A DNA stretch of 64,000 nt, taken from the NCBI GenBank assembly GCA_050575255.1, contig JBNZDD010013678.1:1087653-1151652 (forward strand). The letters are read 5' to 3'. Both the position numbers and the translations under genes were made by a program. Of the stretch, positions 51,655 to 64,000 are shown piece by piece (position 1 is the stretch's first letter; every line of letters starts with the position of its first letter). The stretch comes from Harriotta raleighana (lineage: Eukaryota). Below the pieces are notes generated by a model. It saw nothing but the letters and a program-made list of their open reading frames with translations. It was not told where the DNA came from and did not search any database.

Positions 51655-52020
51655 CAAGGGGGGAGATGGAGGGAAAGGCAGGGTGGAGTAAAATCAGGGA
51701 GGAAAAGAGGGGAGAAAGGGGGAAATCAGGAAGGAAAAGAGGGGAGAAAGGGGGGCAAGGGGGAAGAGAGAGGGAAAGGTGGGTGGGGGGCAAAACCAGG
51801 TAGAAATGGGGAGAAAGGCAGGTAAGAGAAAAGAGCGGGGGTAAGAGAGAAGAGGGGGATAAGAGGGAAGAGAGGGGGAAGGGGGGACAGGGAGGGAAGA
51901 AGAAGAAAAGCAGGGGTAAAGGTCAGGAGGTGGGAGGGATGGGCACCAAACAACAGCAACAAACAACAACATCAACAACAATAAACAAAAAAAAAGCAAC
52001 AGCAAAAAACAATTAACAAC
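51655..52020. repeat. Polypurine low-complexity tract (about 290 bp) followed by a (CAA)-rich tract
   Basis: Almost entirely G/A runs from 51655 to about 51945. Confidence 0.85.
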
Positions 52021-52984
52021 AGTCCAGCAACCACTCCTTGCCCTTGCTGCCCGCCTGGGCGATATTCAAAAAGGCGCCTTATCCAATCTTCAAGACGTCT
52101 CAAAGCGCTTCACATATAATATAGAATTTATAATATCAATCAACCAGTCCCAGTGTGGTGAAAGGCCCAAAAACCGAAAGGTTCCTCAGCTGCTACACCG
52201 GGTGATTCGGTGACGAATAGAGTATTCACAGAACATATTCGCGTCACAAGCGTGAGACTTGTGTTTTGAATCCAGGCGGGTCAGGGAGAAATCTTGGGCA
52301 AGTTTCCTTACTCCACACACCTGATAATAATTAGCATTAGCAATAACTNAAAACAATTAACAACAGTCCAGCAACCACTCCTTGCCCTTGCTGCCCGCCT
52401 GGGCGATATTCAAAAAGGCGGGAACCAGTCCCAGTGTGGTGAAAGGCCCAAAAACCGAAAGGTTCCTCGGCTGCTACACCGGGTGATTCGGTGACGAATA
52501 GAGTATTCACAGAACATATTCGCGTCACAAGCGTGAGACTTGTGTTTCGAATCCAGGCGGGTCAGGGAGAAATCTTGGGCAAGTTTCCTTACTCCACACA
52601 CCTGATAATAATTAGCATTAGCAATAACTCACATCTTATGACAATATATGTGTATTTTGGGGGCAAAACAAAATGGCAGAACTACTCGAACTTCTCAAAC
52701 ATAATGACTACTCGTGTTCTTTTCATTATCAATCAACCAAAATCACATCTATATAGTGCCTTTCACGTTGGGAGGACGTCCCAAGGTGCTGTACAGTCAA
52801 GTAAGGATCAGAGCAGGGTGGGAGGGGTCGGGGAAAGGAAAGTAGGAAAAATTGACTGTATGTTTTTGGGCAAAATTTATGTATTTTATGTATTTGAAAG
52901 TGATGATATCATTCTTCGCTGAGAGCTTACCCCTCTCTTGGTTACAAGAGATTATGTTACTGCTGTACATGTATATTCAATTTA

Positions 52985-53190
52985 TAATAATAATAATCCT
53001 TGCATTTGTTATAGCACTTTTCAGATCTTATCGACGTCTCAAAGCGCTTCACAGAATATACTGTAAAGTGAATTGACTGTATATTTGTGGGCGAAACATG
53101 GCAGCCAATTGCACACAGCAGCGTCCCCCACAAATAGTTGTGGATTGAAACAACCAATTTTTATTATTGTGGGTTTTTTTTGGACGGATT
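52985..53190 (-). mobile_element. tRNA-SINE family, 3' two-thirds
   Basis: Close match to the family consensus. Confidence 0.88.
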
Positions 53191-54249
53191 ATTATCCACG
53201 GAGAGAAAATCTGCCTGAATTTCTTTCTTTCCTGTTGAATGTTGCTGACCTGTCCGCAAGTTTCAACTTTCATGCAGTAAGACATTCATCAACTCTTCCC
53301 ACTTCATTAAACACTTGTTATTGTATTCCCATTAACCTTTTGTGTTCGGAGGAGAAGAGCATTGGCATCCTCGATCGATTTTCATTGCACCTGGATCGCA
53401 TAGTTTCTTTTCCAAAATGTTTTAACCAATGAAGTCAATCATTCCGTTACCATTCAAAACTGTATGACTGCCTTTAGCTTCCCTGCAATTTGTGGCACAA
53501 ATCATTTTACTATTTAACATCCGTACAAATAAAATGACTCAAGAGACTCTTCATCACTGATGTCCGCCATCGTTGAAAACTTCTAAAACTGTGGAACATT
53601 AAAAACACTGGAGGAAATAAGCTGTAGTCAAGCCAGCAGCAGAAAACTGGCCATAGAAGCTGTTTTGGGTTCATTTCTCCTTCGTGAATTCGCTTGTAAA
53701 CATTGTGGGCTGGAAATGTTAATTCCATAATCAGAACGAAAATATTGTCGGGCTTTGTCTTGGAGTCTATTTATCTTGAAATTGTCGTTTGGTCCAATCC
53801 TGATTCTATCTGAGCCGGTTCTGTATATATTTGATTTCCCCCCAAAATGATACTGTCAGCATAATCAAAGCTTCTCAAACGACAGTTTTAAAACAGCAAA
53901 ATGATCGCAACTCACTTCTATAATACTTAAGTACTTTTATTTTTGCTTTCTGTGTCCTTTTCTACACCTTACCTGTTTCAAGTTTCTCTAATTGTAATGA
54001 ACAGCTGAAACACTGGTAATTGCCAAGATGCAGCAATGAAACAACAACAACAAGAGCAAAATTACACTTGCTTAGAGAGCCTTTCATGTCAAGAAGACAT
54101 CCCAAGGCACTGAAAATAGGCAAGTCAATAAGCTTTTGATGGGCAAATGACAAGAAATCAGCCAGCAGAACCCCTAAATAAAAATTACGCCAAAGTGAAC
54201 TCTTCTGTAGTGCTTTTTCTAAAATAAAAACACTCAGCTTTATATCGTG

Positions 54250-54571
54250 GGGTCCTATGGCTCAGTGGTTAGAGCACACGCCTTACAAGCGAGAGAACTG
54301 GGTTCAATTCCGGGCAGGTTAGGGTGAAACCTTGGGGAAGTTTCTTTACTCCACATGCCTGATAATAATCCCTCCCCCACAAAAAACAATAATAATGAAT
54401 TGGTCATTTAAATCCAAGACTCTTTGTAGGATACTGCTGTGCGCAAAATAGCTGCCGCGATTCACTCACAAATATAGTCAATTCACTTTACAGTATATTC
54501 TGTGAAGCACTTTGAGACATCTGGAAGATGTGAAAAGCACTATACCAAATGCAAGGATTATGATTATTATT
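54250..54571 (+). mobile_element. tRNA-derived SINE, full length
   Basis: ggctcagtggttagagcacacgccttacaagcgagag..ggttcaattcc head, body, tail. Confidence 0.88.
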
Positions 54572-56957
54572 ATCAAACTAATATAGAATCATCAAAATGT
54601 GTACACTCCGATCAAAAAGAATGGACGTCCTTCAAAGGAGCTGTTAATCTCTTCTTATCTCTTGCCAATCTAACCTTCGTCTAATAATTTCCCAGAATTC
54701 GGTAAGCAGTGATGCATTCCTCCAGGGAGAGAGAGAGAGAGAGAGAGCACATTCCTCTCCGACAATCCACCTCTGGGAATTCCACGCGTAGGTGGGAATG
54801 CATTGAATTCTCAGCTGGGTTTGGATACACTGAGTTTCCAGATGTATCAGACAGCCAGCTGACCAAAATAAAACATTAATTAATAGCTTTACATCGATTT
54901 GTTGGTGGCAAATCTGGTAATGTTCTCAGACAAAGCAGCATCCACCAGTTTGTATTGGGCTGGGATGAACAGGCTTGAGCTGCACATTTCTTTTCGCTAG
55001 TTCCAACTTTAACCTCCCACATCACAGCTAGCTGGCACTGTATAAAAGGTCATATCTGTTAGTCCAACTGACCTAAATGGTGCGAGATGGGGGGGGGTGG
55101 GATTGGGCGGGGAGGTGGGGGAGGTGGGAAGACAGTAAACCAGCTGAAGATTTAATAACTCCATTCATATAAAATGTGACGTGGGAGGATAAAGTTGGAA
55201 ATAAAAACTGTGCACTAAGAAATGAGTGACTAAATAAAAGATTTGGATTTAAAAACGCGTGACTTATTTTGTGCACTGAAGTTTATTTCCTTGAGAGAAA
55301 ACACAACAACCAGTTTGGTTTGATCGGGGATTCCATTTCACTGCCATTTGGGAGGTGGGGGTTAGAACCCTATTGAAACATCCTGTGTTTTCAAAACAAA
55401 TAGTGTACAACAGGAGCCAACAAGACAGCTCCGATTCTCAGAATAAGGAGCACTTTAGTCCACCTTATTCTTAAATAGCAGCCAGCGGTCTCTAGAGTGA
55501 CAGGTCTTGAATGTTATCTTGTTTGCTGAGGGACTAATGTGCTCTGTTCCATAATGTTCCCTCGGATTGTAATCGGAGAAACTGGCACCACAACTGAACA
55601 AAATGTTCTGTTTCACTGAAGTTCTTTTTACGACGCAGCTGACAACGACACAGTTGAGCAAACTAATCCTTCACCGTGGGCACCAGTTAGCTAGCCTATC
55701 TCAGAACAGTTTTAAACCCTCTGTTTAAAGACATGTTTAATAAACTGCCTATTTATTGTACAAGCACCAGACCAGAAGTCCAATGAAATACTCCCAGACA
55801 GAAGCTAGCACGTTTCCAGACTGTAGTAACAACAACAACAAAATTACATTTATGGAGCGCCTTTCAAGTCAGGAGGACAGTAACAGACTTTATAGTTCAT
55901 TGTGATGTGGTATAAAGTTGGAAATAATTGATAACATTATTTACTTTGAGTTTGCAACGATAACCAGGTTACCTATAATTCTTGAGGTTAGTAGACAAAG
56001 GCATGGCACTGCATTACAGTTATCTTGGGGATCCTGATAGCATTTTAAAGTGCTATACTAAAGTGTAATTCTGAAGCTATCTTATTCAGACCGATGCTAG
56101 TTAGCAATAAAAACTGCCCCGCATTGCATCCTAGCAGAGCAATGCTATCTATCACTCGATCAAGGAGTTAGGTTGATGTTAAATCAACAGGAAGAAAAAT
56201 TGCACAATGCATATTGATTTTCAAACATCATATTTTAGTAACGAGAAGCCAAAGTGTTGCGTTGAAGAGAAAATTTTCTATCTGTTCTACCGTTGAAGAA
56301 GATTTTAATTGAAAACTCGCAGAGATAAGAATAATAAGCCTTGCATTTGATATAGCGCCTTTTCATGTCTGGGATATATTAAGCTATAATATCATCAGAT
56401 CGCAATTAAAATTGCTTCAATTTCTCATCTGTCGTTACTTCCATTGCAGTAGCTGGGTGTTACGGTGCTGCTTATCTTATCGTTTTTTGCAGTGAATTAC
56501 TCTTTCCAGGCGATTTATGGGAACATTGTTTGCACTGTGTTTATCCTGTCATTTTTGTTTTGTTTGGCAAATTTCCTGCCATCTTGTCGACACAATCTCG
56601 CATTGCAAGAGCGCGCGTGGCTCAAACAAGCTGCTCTGAATAAACTAGAATAAATAAACCAAGGAACGAATAGAAGCATTTGCTCTAATCCAACCAAAGC
56701 CTCCATTTAAAACAAAACTGGTGGATGGCCACTGGCCATGTTAACTTGCAAAAAGAAACTGCCCGAATCAATTGGCCCCAGTTATCTAAAGAACAATACA
56801 GACTCGAGGGAGGTGCTTTATGTTTCAAGTGTGTTTGAACTGTTTACTGGCTAATCTGTTGAGTTGCCCTTGAATTATCAGCCTACTCGTTTCAAACACT
56901 TGTGCTCGGCCCTGGTCCCTTAAGATTGTACGTTTGTTCACCGAACTAAAGTACAGC

Positions 56958-57105
56958 ACCAACAACAACTTACATTTCTAGAGCGCCTTTCATAGTGGGA
57001 GAACGTCCCAAGGCGCCAAACAGTCAGGATGGGACCCGAGCAAGGGAGAGGGGCAGGGTATTGGGGAGGGAAGGGGAGGGAGAGAGTTAGGGGGGTGTGG
57101 GGAGT
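56958..57105 (-). mobile_element. L2 3' tail fragment
   Basis: (caa)n, gagcgcctttca, cgtcccaaggcgc, acagtcagg, G-rich UTR. Confidence 0.75.
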
Positions 57106-60100
57106 GTGAAAGGGAAAGTACAGTGTGAAACAAATACCTTAAACCATTATCTCACTACTAAATGTTCACAATAATACACGCCTCTTATTTAGCTTCTCAA
57201 TGATCAGTCAGGAAGACATATAAACCAGTTTATCCTGAATCGGGTCAGGGGACAGTTGTCAATATTGTTCTTTGCAATTGCATTTATATCACTCGTTCCA
57301 AGATCCTGATAGCATGACTCTGTCCTTACGCGCAATCAAGTTCTTTTTAACAGATATTGGAGCCCGGAGTACATCCAACTCTCTCGGAAGATTGGGAAGT
57401 TGAAGGGCAGCCCAAGAATTGGTCTTGAAGCTTTTCAGCCTCATTTGTTGCCACAAATAAAACCAAGTAGCGTTGCAACAGAAATGTCGATTTGATTCTC
57501 ACGTGAGGCATTTGGGAGACAGACCCCCACCCAAATGCAATCGGTGTTCGTTAGATTGCAATTATTGAACACTTCAAATGTCAATCAACTCAAGATCAAA
57601 AGAAAGGTCATGACTAATAATATTAATCCTTGCATTTTGATATAGCGCTTTTCACGTCTTCTAGTGAATTGACAGTATAATTGTGAGGTGAAATATTTGA
57701 TCCCATGCTTCCAAATACCCACGCTACCAATTTCCAGCACCTCGGGACGTCTGCCTGATGTGAAAGGCGCTACACAAATGTAATTTTGTTGTTTTTGTTG
57801 TTGTTAGCCATTTTGCTCCAGCCCATAGTGTGTTTATCATCTAAAAATAGGGCATGGATTTGCTTCAGTCTACATCCTATATAGCAGTATTCAAATGCCT
57901 CCCGTGAGCTTTGATCGGCCCAAATACAAGATAGCTGCCTTTATTTTATTTTACTAAAATGGATCAAACCATTTTACTAAAACTGTGGGAGTGTTAAGTG
58001 CCAAATCTAATCGCAAAACTTCAACTGAAATTCCATTGTTACATAACACCATCTATGGCATAACTTAGTAATGAAATTTCATCCCAATTAAAAGCACATA
58101 AGAAGTCGATATCTTTAGCACACAGATTTAAGACTGAAATCTTTCTTTTTGCTGTGGGTTGATGCATTGCATTTTGTAATTGAGCCCCTAGGATTCATCA
58201 TTAAGATGTGAGGAAATTAAGAAAACTATTATTTGATTTAATTTTGCAAGAAATAATAAATCTTTTCCAATTCGCCCCAAATAAAGGATGGTTGATTGCA
58301 GATAAAAGCTAACAATGATGGTCCCAATGCAATCGTACTCCTGCACAATACACACAGCTGGTCAAATATGAATTACAAGATTAATTGAAATAGTGGTTAA
58401 ATTGTTAAATGCGAGCAGAGTGATGCATTACTCACAGTATGTGCTAAAAGGGCTTTAAAAAACCCATTAAACTGCAGATTCATGTAACTCCACCACATCT
58501 GTTTATGGAAAATCCTGCATTTTACAACTAACGTTCCGAGTTCAAATGCTGCCAAATCAAAGATAACGCACAAAGAAATGGATCCGTTGCAATAACTCGG
58601 TTTGATTCAGTCGACCGCACTGTTGTCTCTGGGCGAGGAGTGTGTCGGGTCAAACACCAAGCTCATCCTTTCGTAAAGACTAAGAATCCTAATTCATTCA
58701 CTTTGTGGCTGTTTGTGGAACCTCATTTATACATTTTCCTACAAAAACAATCCCTGCGATGTTTCAGACTCAAATGTTAATTGACAAAAATACGCAAACC
58801 ACAATTTGAATATTTTTTATTACCCCCAAAAAACACACACATCAACCCAACTGGAAAGGGACGCAGCAAGCAAAATGGCTCATAAACAAACCATTATTTC
58901 TTATTGTTGCATAAATATTGCAGTAACAGCAGAGATACACAAGTTCGAAAGAATGGTACCATGCAATTAATTTCTGAGCACAAATGTGCTAAAGATACTT
59001 CCATGTAAATACAAGATTTGGAACGTTAACTGCTGTTAACAAATCCCAAATTGGGGCATAAACCACCTCTTATTAGCCCATAATACATGTCCGCAAAGGA
59101 AAAGCATTCATCTTTGAGGTATTTGAGAATCATCAGTACAAAGCCGGGTAAAAATAGAGACTTTTAGGGATAGATGTGCAATTACACAGCAGTGCTGGAC
59201 TATTTGTAGATAGCCAAACACTCCTCAGCACACTGCTCTTCACAAAGAGAAAGTGTTTGCCTATTCCGTTTGCACTCCCAGGACACACAAAGGGCCTATT
59301 TACAGGAATGTTCGAGAGAGAGAGAGTGAGAGAGAGCATGCAATCCAATGCATAATTTTCTTGGGTTATGTTACTGCCTTGATTATACGTGTTTTTTTAC
59401 AACATGAAAAGCACACTGAAGCACAGGCGAGGCAACAGGTAAAACAAACAGAGACATGATAAATCTATTTGCTAACTAAGCGACATTCATTAGTCAGAGG
59501 CCGGATGTATTTCCTTCGTAAGGAAAGAGCTCTTCATCTGACCAAAAACTTCCCCCGCAGAGATAGGGGAAAAATACATTTGATTCCAGAATATGTTGGC
59601 AAAGACGCAACACTGGTTGTTTTCCACTGTACTGGAGGTCTAAAGCCTCAGTGTAAACAATAAACTGGCAGAATTTGCAACACAAGCCTTTCTTACAACT
59701 TGGATTTACCCAAATTACAATTGAATAAAAGAGTACTGCCTTTGGGAACATGGCAACGAGAGTAAATTATTCAGCCTATCCAGTGGGTGCTGTTATTTCA
59801 CTGTATAATGAGGCCTCTTTATCTTGCTAATCTCATTGCTCCACCTTTTTTTCGCCGTATCCCTCAGCATCCTGGCTTCCCAAGCGGTTACACATCCCAC
59901 ACTCTAAACACCTCCATCAATTCTGAATCTACGACTCTGTGAGTCTGTGTTGTTTGCTCTGAAAATAGTTTGCAGGAACAAGCCTTTTCCATTTTCACTT
60001 TTACGAGGCTTAACACTTGAAAGTTACTCATAACCGCAAAATAGCCCAAGTCTGTGTTCTGCATTATGTGGTTTAACATTAAAATTGTTTTGCAGTAATC

Positions 60101-60229
60101 TATCTGATCTCCATAGATTACAGACCTCAGAATACCGGACATTTTAACATGTTTCCATAGTATTATGAAGCATCCCACTAATTGAATATTTCAATCTGTG
60201 TCTAAAATCAACGAGGTACTTACTTGGCT

Positions 60230-60545
60230 GTCTCCACTTCATCTGGCCCTGTCCTCCCCCACCTCCCCTTCACACCTTTGACCCAATCTCTCCCACTCAT
60301 CCCTCATCCACTGCATGCCAGCTCTTTCCCACCCAGCTTTCCATTTCACAAACTCCTACTAGTTCATGTCTCCAACCACTCCCTTTCTTTCCTCTGGCTC
60401 CATCCTCTCCCATCACTCGTTGGATGAGTGTCTCCAATCTGGGCTCCCATCCCAGTCTCCACACCAAGCCAGCTCTGGTCAAAGGTACAAATGACATCCT
60501 TTCCAACTGTGACCAAAATTCCCTCCGCCTCCTCGTCCTGTTCAC
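60230..60545 (+). mobile_element. Highly degenerate L2 RT fragment
   Basis: HTKPALVKGTNDILSNCDQ resembles HSTETALVKVTNDILTICDQ. Confidence 0.6.
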
Positions 60546-61864
60546 TCTCTGTGAGGCGAAGGCAGGAACTTGGCCAGTCTGTGCCAATAGTGACGTAGGT
60601 AGCAATGCCGTTACAGACTAATTAGAACTTGGAGGTATAGCCTTACTGCACTATAGCACTGCTTCCCTCTACTATAAACATCACAAGCTGTATCCCTAGG
60701 CGATTGTGTTAGCTCATCTCAGGTGAGTTGCAAGAACAGCCACAGTGTCTTCCATGTACAGGCTCTCCCACTATAATACCATGGGTTAAGAGCATAACTT
60801 AAACTTTAAACAAACATAATAATGGGACGAGCTATAACAATGGCCACCATTTGCGATATATTTTAGCTGAAGGCCACTACACTGGAGGTATACCATTAAC
60901 ATAATAATAATCATTGCATTTGATTAAGGCGTTCAAGACGCCTCAAAGCACTTCAGAGACTACACTGTAAAGTGAATTGAGTGTATTCTCTGTGGGCAAA
61001 ACGCGGTAGCCAATTGCGTACAGCAAATGAGTTGTTTACTCAATTTGAAGCCAGTCTACAAATCTATAGGGAAAAATAAATATCGCACTTTGAAAAAACA
61101 TAACGCGCTCTACTAGGCAGCGAAATAGATTGAATGTTGCTATTCGTTCCAGTGACCAGAGCACGAAGACTAATGAAAACTGCTGGATCGTAATGCAACA
61201 ATTGAACAATTACAAAGACACTTTACTGAAACTAAAAATAGTCTGCTCTATACAGTACTCCCATATCATTATGCCCATTTCCATGGATACTTCAGCACTA
61301 CACATGCTCCTTATAGCACAAAATAAACAAGGCTGCAAGTAATTTTCTTCCATCTTCTGCAATATTATTTTCGGACACATCCGATTCAAAAGTACTGTAA
61401 CTCCCATTACATTGTAGGAAGCTCATTTCTTGTTCATTTGCCTGGTAATGTTCAAATCTTGAAGGTAATGTGCTCAGGTGATTTGCATTATTATAAAGGG
61501 ACATGTATATAATTTATTTAATCTTTCTGGAACTTTTGTTTAAGCGCTCTGAGACGGCGTCCGGCATGGAGGGCGCAATATGAATCCAAGTTGTTGTTTG
61601 TTGTTTGTATTTCTTAACTAACCACAGCTTATAATGCAAGTTGACCTTGAACAGGACTTACTCACATTGATGTGCCTGGCAAACTCTAGTCCAATAGCCT
61701 GGGAATTCTTAAAAGTAGGATTCTTAAAAGTTTACAGATATTGGTACACATGGAACTTCTCTTTAGTTTGGATACTCCTAAGCATAGTGATGGATTTTGT
61801 ACGCTTCCAGATACCTTGTGCTATGTGTGTTGAAAGTTAGATGTCATACTCTCTGTTTCATTTA

Positions 61865-62175
61865 GGAGTTCTGTAGCTCAGTGGCTAGACAACTCGCCTT
61901 GCAAGCGAGAGATCTAAGTTCAATTCCAGGCAGGGGAAGTTTCGTTACTCCACACACCTAATAATAATCCTTCGAAAAAAACAATAATAATTTGGCCACT
62001 TCAATCCACGACTGTTTGTGGGGACGCTGCTGTGCGCAATTGGCTGCCGCGTTCCACCCACAAATATACAGTCAATTCACTTTACAGTATATTCTGTGAA
62101 GCGCTTTGAGATGTCCAGAAGACTTGAAAAGAGCTCTATCAAATTTGNAGCTATATCAAATGCAAAGATTATTAT
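61865..62175 (+). mobile_element. tRNA-derived SINE, near full length
   Basis: Head with the arm ctcgc-cttgcaa-gcgag, body, tail (N at 62148). Confidence 0.88.
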
Positions 62176-64000
62176 GTACTTGTCTTGCGGTTATGCATAA
62201 TGTTTTCTGAAGGATGACACTTTACTCTTGATGAGATTTATGCTTCAGAAATGCCTTTAGTCTAGGTTGCTAAATTCAGCATTTATAACCCTGGAGTTTG
62301 CCTGTCGAAAGCCGAGAACTTGGGAAAGAATATTGCCTGTATTGTTTCCCATGTCAGATTCAATATTATCATACTATGTTCACCACCTATCAGCAATTCA
62401 GCTTCTTCTCATCCCTGAAGCTAACACAGAGAGTAGTCATGCAAGTTCAAAGTCCTCCCTACTTGGACATTCCTACTTTATTGTTAAGACCTGTGAAATC
62501 AATTCTAAAGAGAGGTAGATATTTTTCCGCCCTGGCAACCAATGAGAGAATAACAAAATACCCAAGTTTGAGTAAAACCTACTGAGAATATTAGAAATCT
62601 GAAACAGAAACAGAAAATGATGGAAAACCAAAGTGGGTCACTCAATCACAGAATTGCTCTGCAATTGGTTTTGAAGCCATTATTACGCTCTATGAAGCCT
62701 CTAGTCTGCTCGAAGGTATGCCACTGTTGTTCAGAACATCAGAACAATCTCTAGGTATCTCTACGCACACATCAAACAAATCACTGGGTACAATTGGATA
62801 AATTCAGGGAGTGATTCTCTCTTCATTACGGTTGTTTCCTATTGCGCAAAAAATGTTACATGGAAGTTTCATTGAAATTACACAATTCAAATCAAGCAGA
62901 GTCAGTGGCAGATGAGGTGAATTAAAATTAACTAGAGATTTGACACACAAAGTATAAGTGAAGTTTGATTTCAAAACAAAACTGATCGTTTAGCTCCGAA
63001 AAGATTGTTTCTCATATTTTTAGCCAAACATTTATAATATTAATAAATAATAATAATACTATATCCTTGCATTTGATATAGCACTTTTCACATCTTATCG
63101 ATGTCTCAAAGCGCAATTCCATTTATGTGTCCAATGGCAATGCAAAGAGTTACTATGGTTGTGGCAGTTATGACAGAAGGTAAGATACAGTACACTGAAA
63201 ATTGATTAAGAAATACAGAGTTAAATAGTGGTGTTGCTTTTAAGACAAATACTTGCTAGGGAGTGGATCACAGGATTAAATGACAGCACTGTAAACCAAA
63301 ATGGGATTAGAATTAGTGAATGACTGAAAACTGTACAAATAGAGTAAGCAATCAAACACAAATATGCTTATGTTCCATCTTTGTACCACTGTGGAAATTC
63401 GTCCACAAATTACATCATCAATTCATTTTACAGTATATCCCGTGAAGCGCTTTGCGACCTCTCAACAATGTATTAAGACACTACATCAAATGCAATTTNA
63501 TCCACAAATTACATCAATTCATTTTACAGTATATCCCGTGAAGCGCTTTGCGACCTCTCAACAATGTATTAAGACACTACATCAAATGCAATTTTAAATC
63601 ATCATTATCTTTACAAGGGGTGCATATTTTTCTAGGTACTGTATTTTCAAATGAATTGTCCTCATGGAAATATTTTCTTTCTTGAGTACAAGAAGCTTGG
63701 GATCACATAATTCTGCATTCAAAAAAAAACATTGAATTCCTTGCTGTAATATTACCATAGTCAAAGACACAAAGTCCATCGCTGTCTCACACAAAAATTA
63801 CATTCAACCATTTCCCCACCCCAAACTCTGAATCACATACAATTATCTTGTGCTTCTATTCATTATTGGACTTTAACCAAAGTATAATTCTGCCAACTCT
63901 TTATATGAGATTTGCTTTTCAGAAAGCACGATTTTAAAAACTATATATTTTTAATATATAATTTCCATTGTGCTTTTCACGACTCAAATCCCGCAACAGA

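Larger units (their letters stand above)
10931..64000 (-). other. GALNT13: Probable large GALNT13 intron upstream of the exon (>53 kb); non-coding exons cannot be excluded
   Basis: Polypyrimidine tract and AG acceptor at 10931-10950. No match seen by eye to the expected preceding exon (MRRFVYCKVV...YFSECNKC...LPALR). Mammalian GALNT13 has very long introns. Confidence 0.65.

Noticed and set aside
54250-54315. tRNA-Val/Ala-like genes
   Set aside because: These are SINE heads: no proper acceptor stem, and they continue into the SINE body.
1-64000. Prokaryotic-type systems (CRISPR arrays, operons) and a nested RPRM gene (a GALNT13 neighbour in mammals)
   Set aside because: No regularly spaced repeat-spacer array, no gene-dense region and no reprimo-like ORF; the sequence is eukaryotic intron.

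Overview
Repeat-rich vertebrate genomic DNA. The repeat complement (Deu-domain and tRNA-headed SINEs, CR1 and L2 LINE fragments, a Penelope-type short repeat) points to a cartilaginous fish, possibly a chimaera such as Callorhinchus milii; this is inference only. The one protein-coding segment I can support is a 169-bp internal exon of GALNT13 (polypeptide N-acetylgalactosaminyltransferase 13) on the minus strand at 10762-10930, with canonical splice sites. The rest of the window appears to be its two large flanking introns; I did not find the neighbouring coding exons by eye. Nearly all listed ORFs are chance frames or degenerate retroelement sequence. About a dozen single-N gaps, most flanked by near-identical overlaps, look like assembly artefacts. 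I see no clear new multi-gene system. The most interesting observations are a hammerhead-ribozyme core in a short Penelope-type insertion lying sense to the GALNT13 pre-mRNA, a perfect 22-bp hairpin of pre-miRNA dimensions, a CpG-rich unassigned segment with pseudoknot and GNRA-hairpin potential, two Tigger/pogo-like non-autonomous DNA elements, and nested or chimeric SINEs showing domain shuffling. Repeat boundaries are approximate unless terminal repeats or target duplications are quoted.
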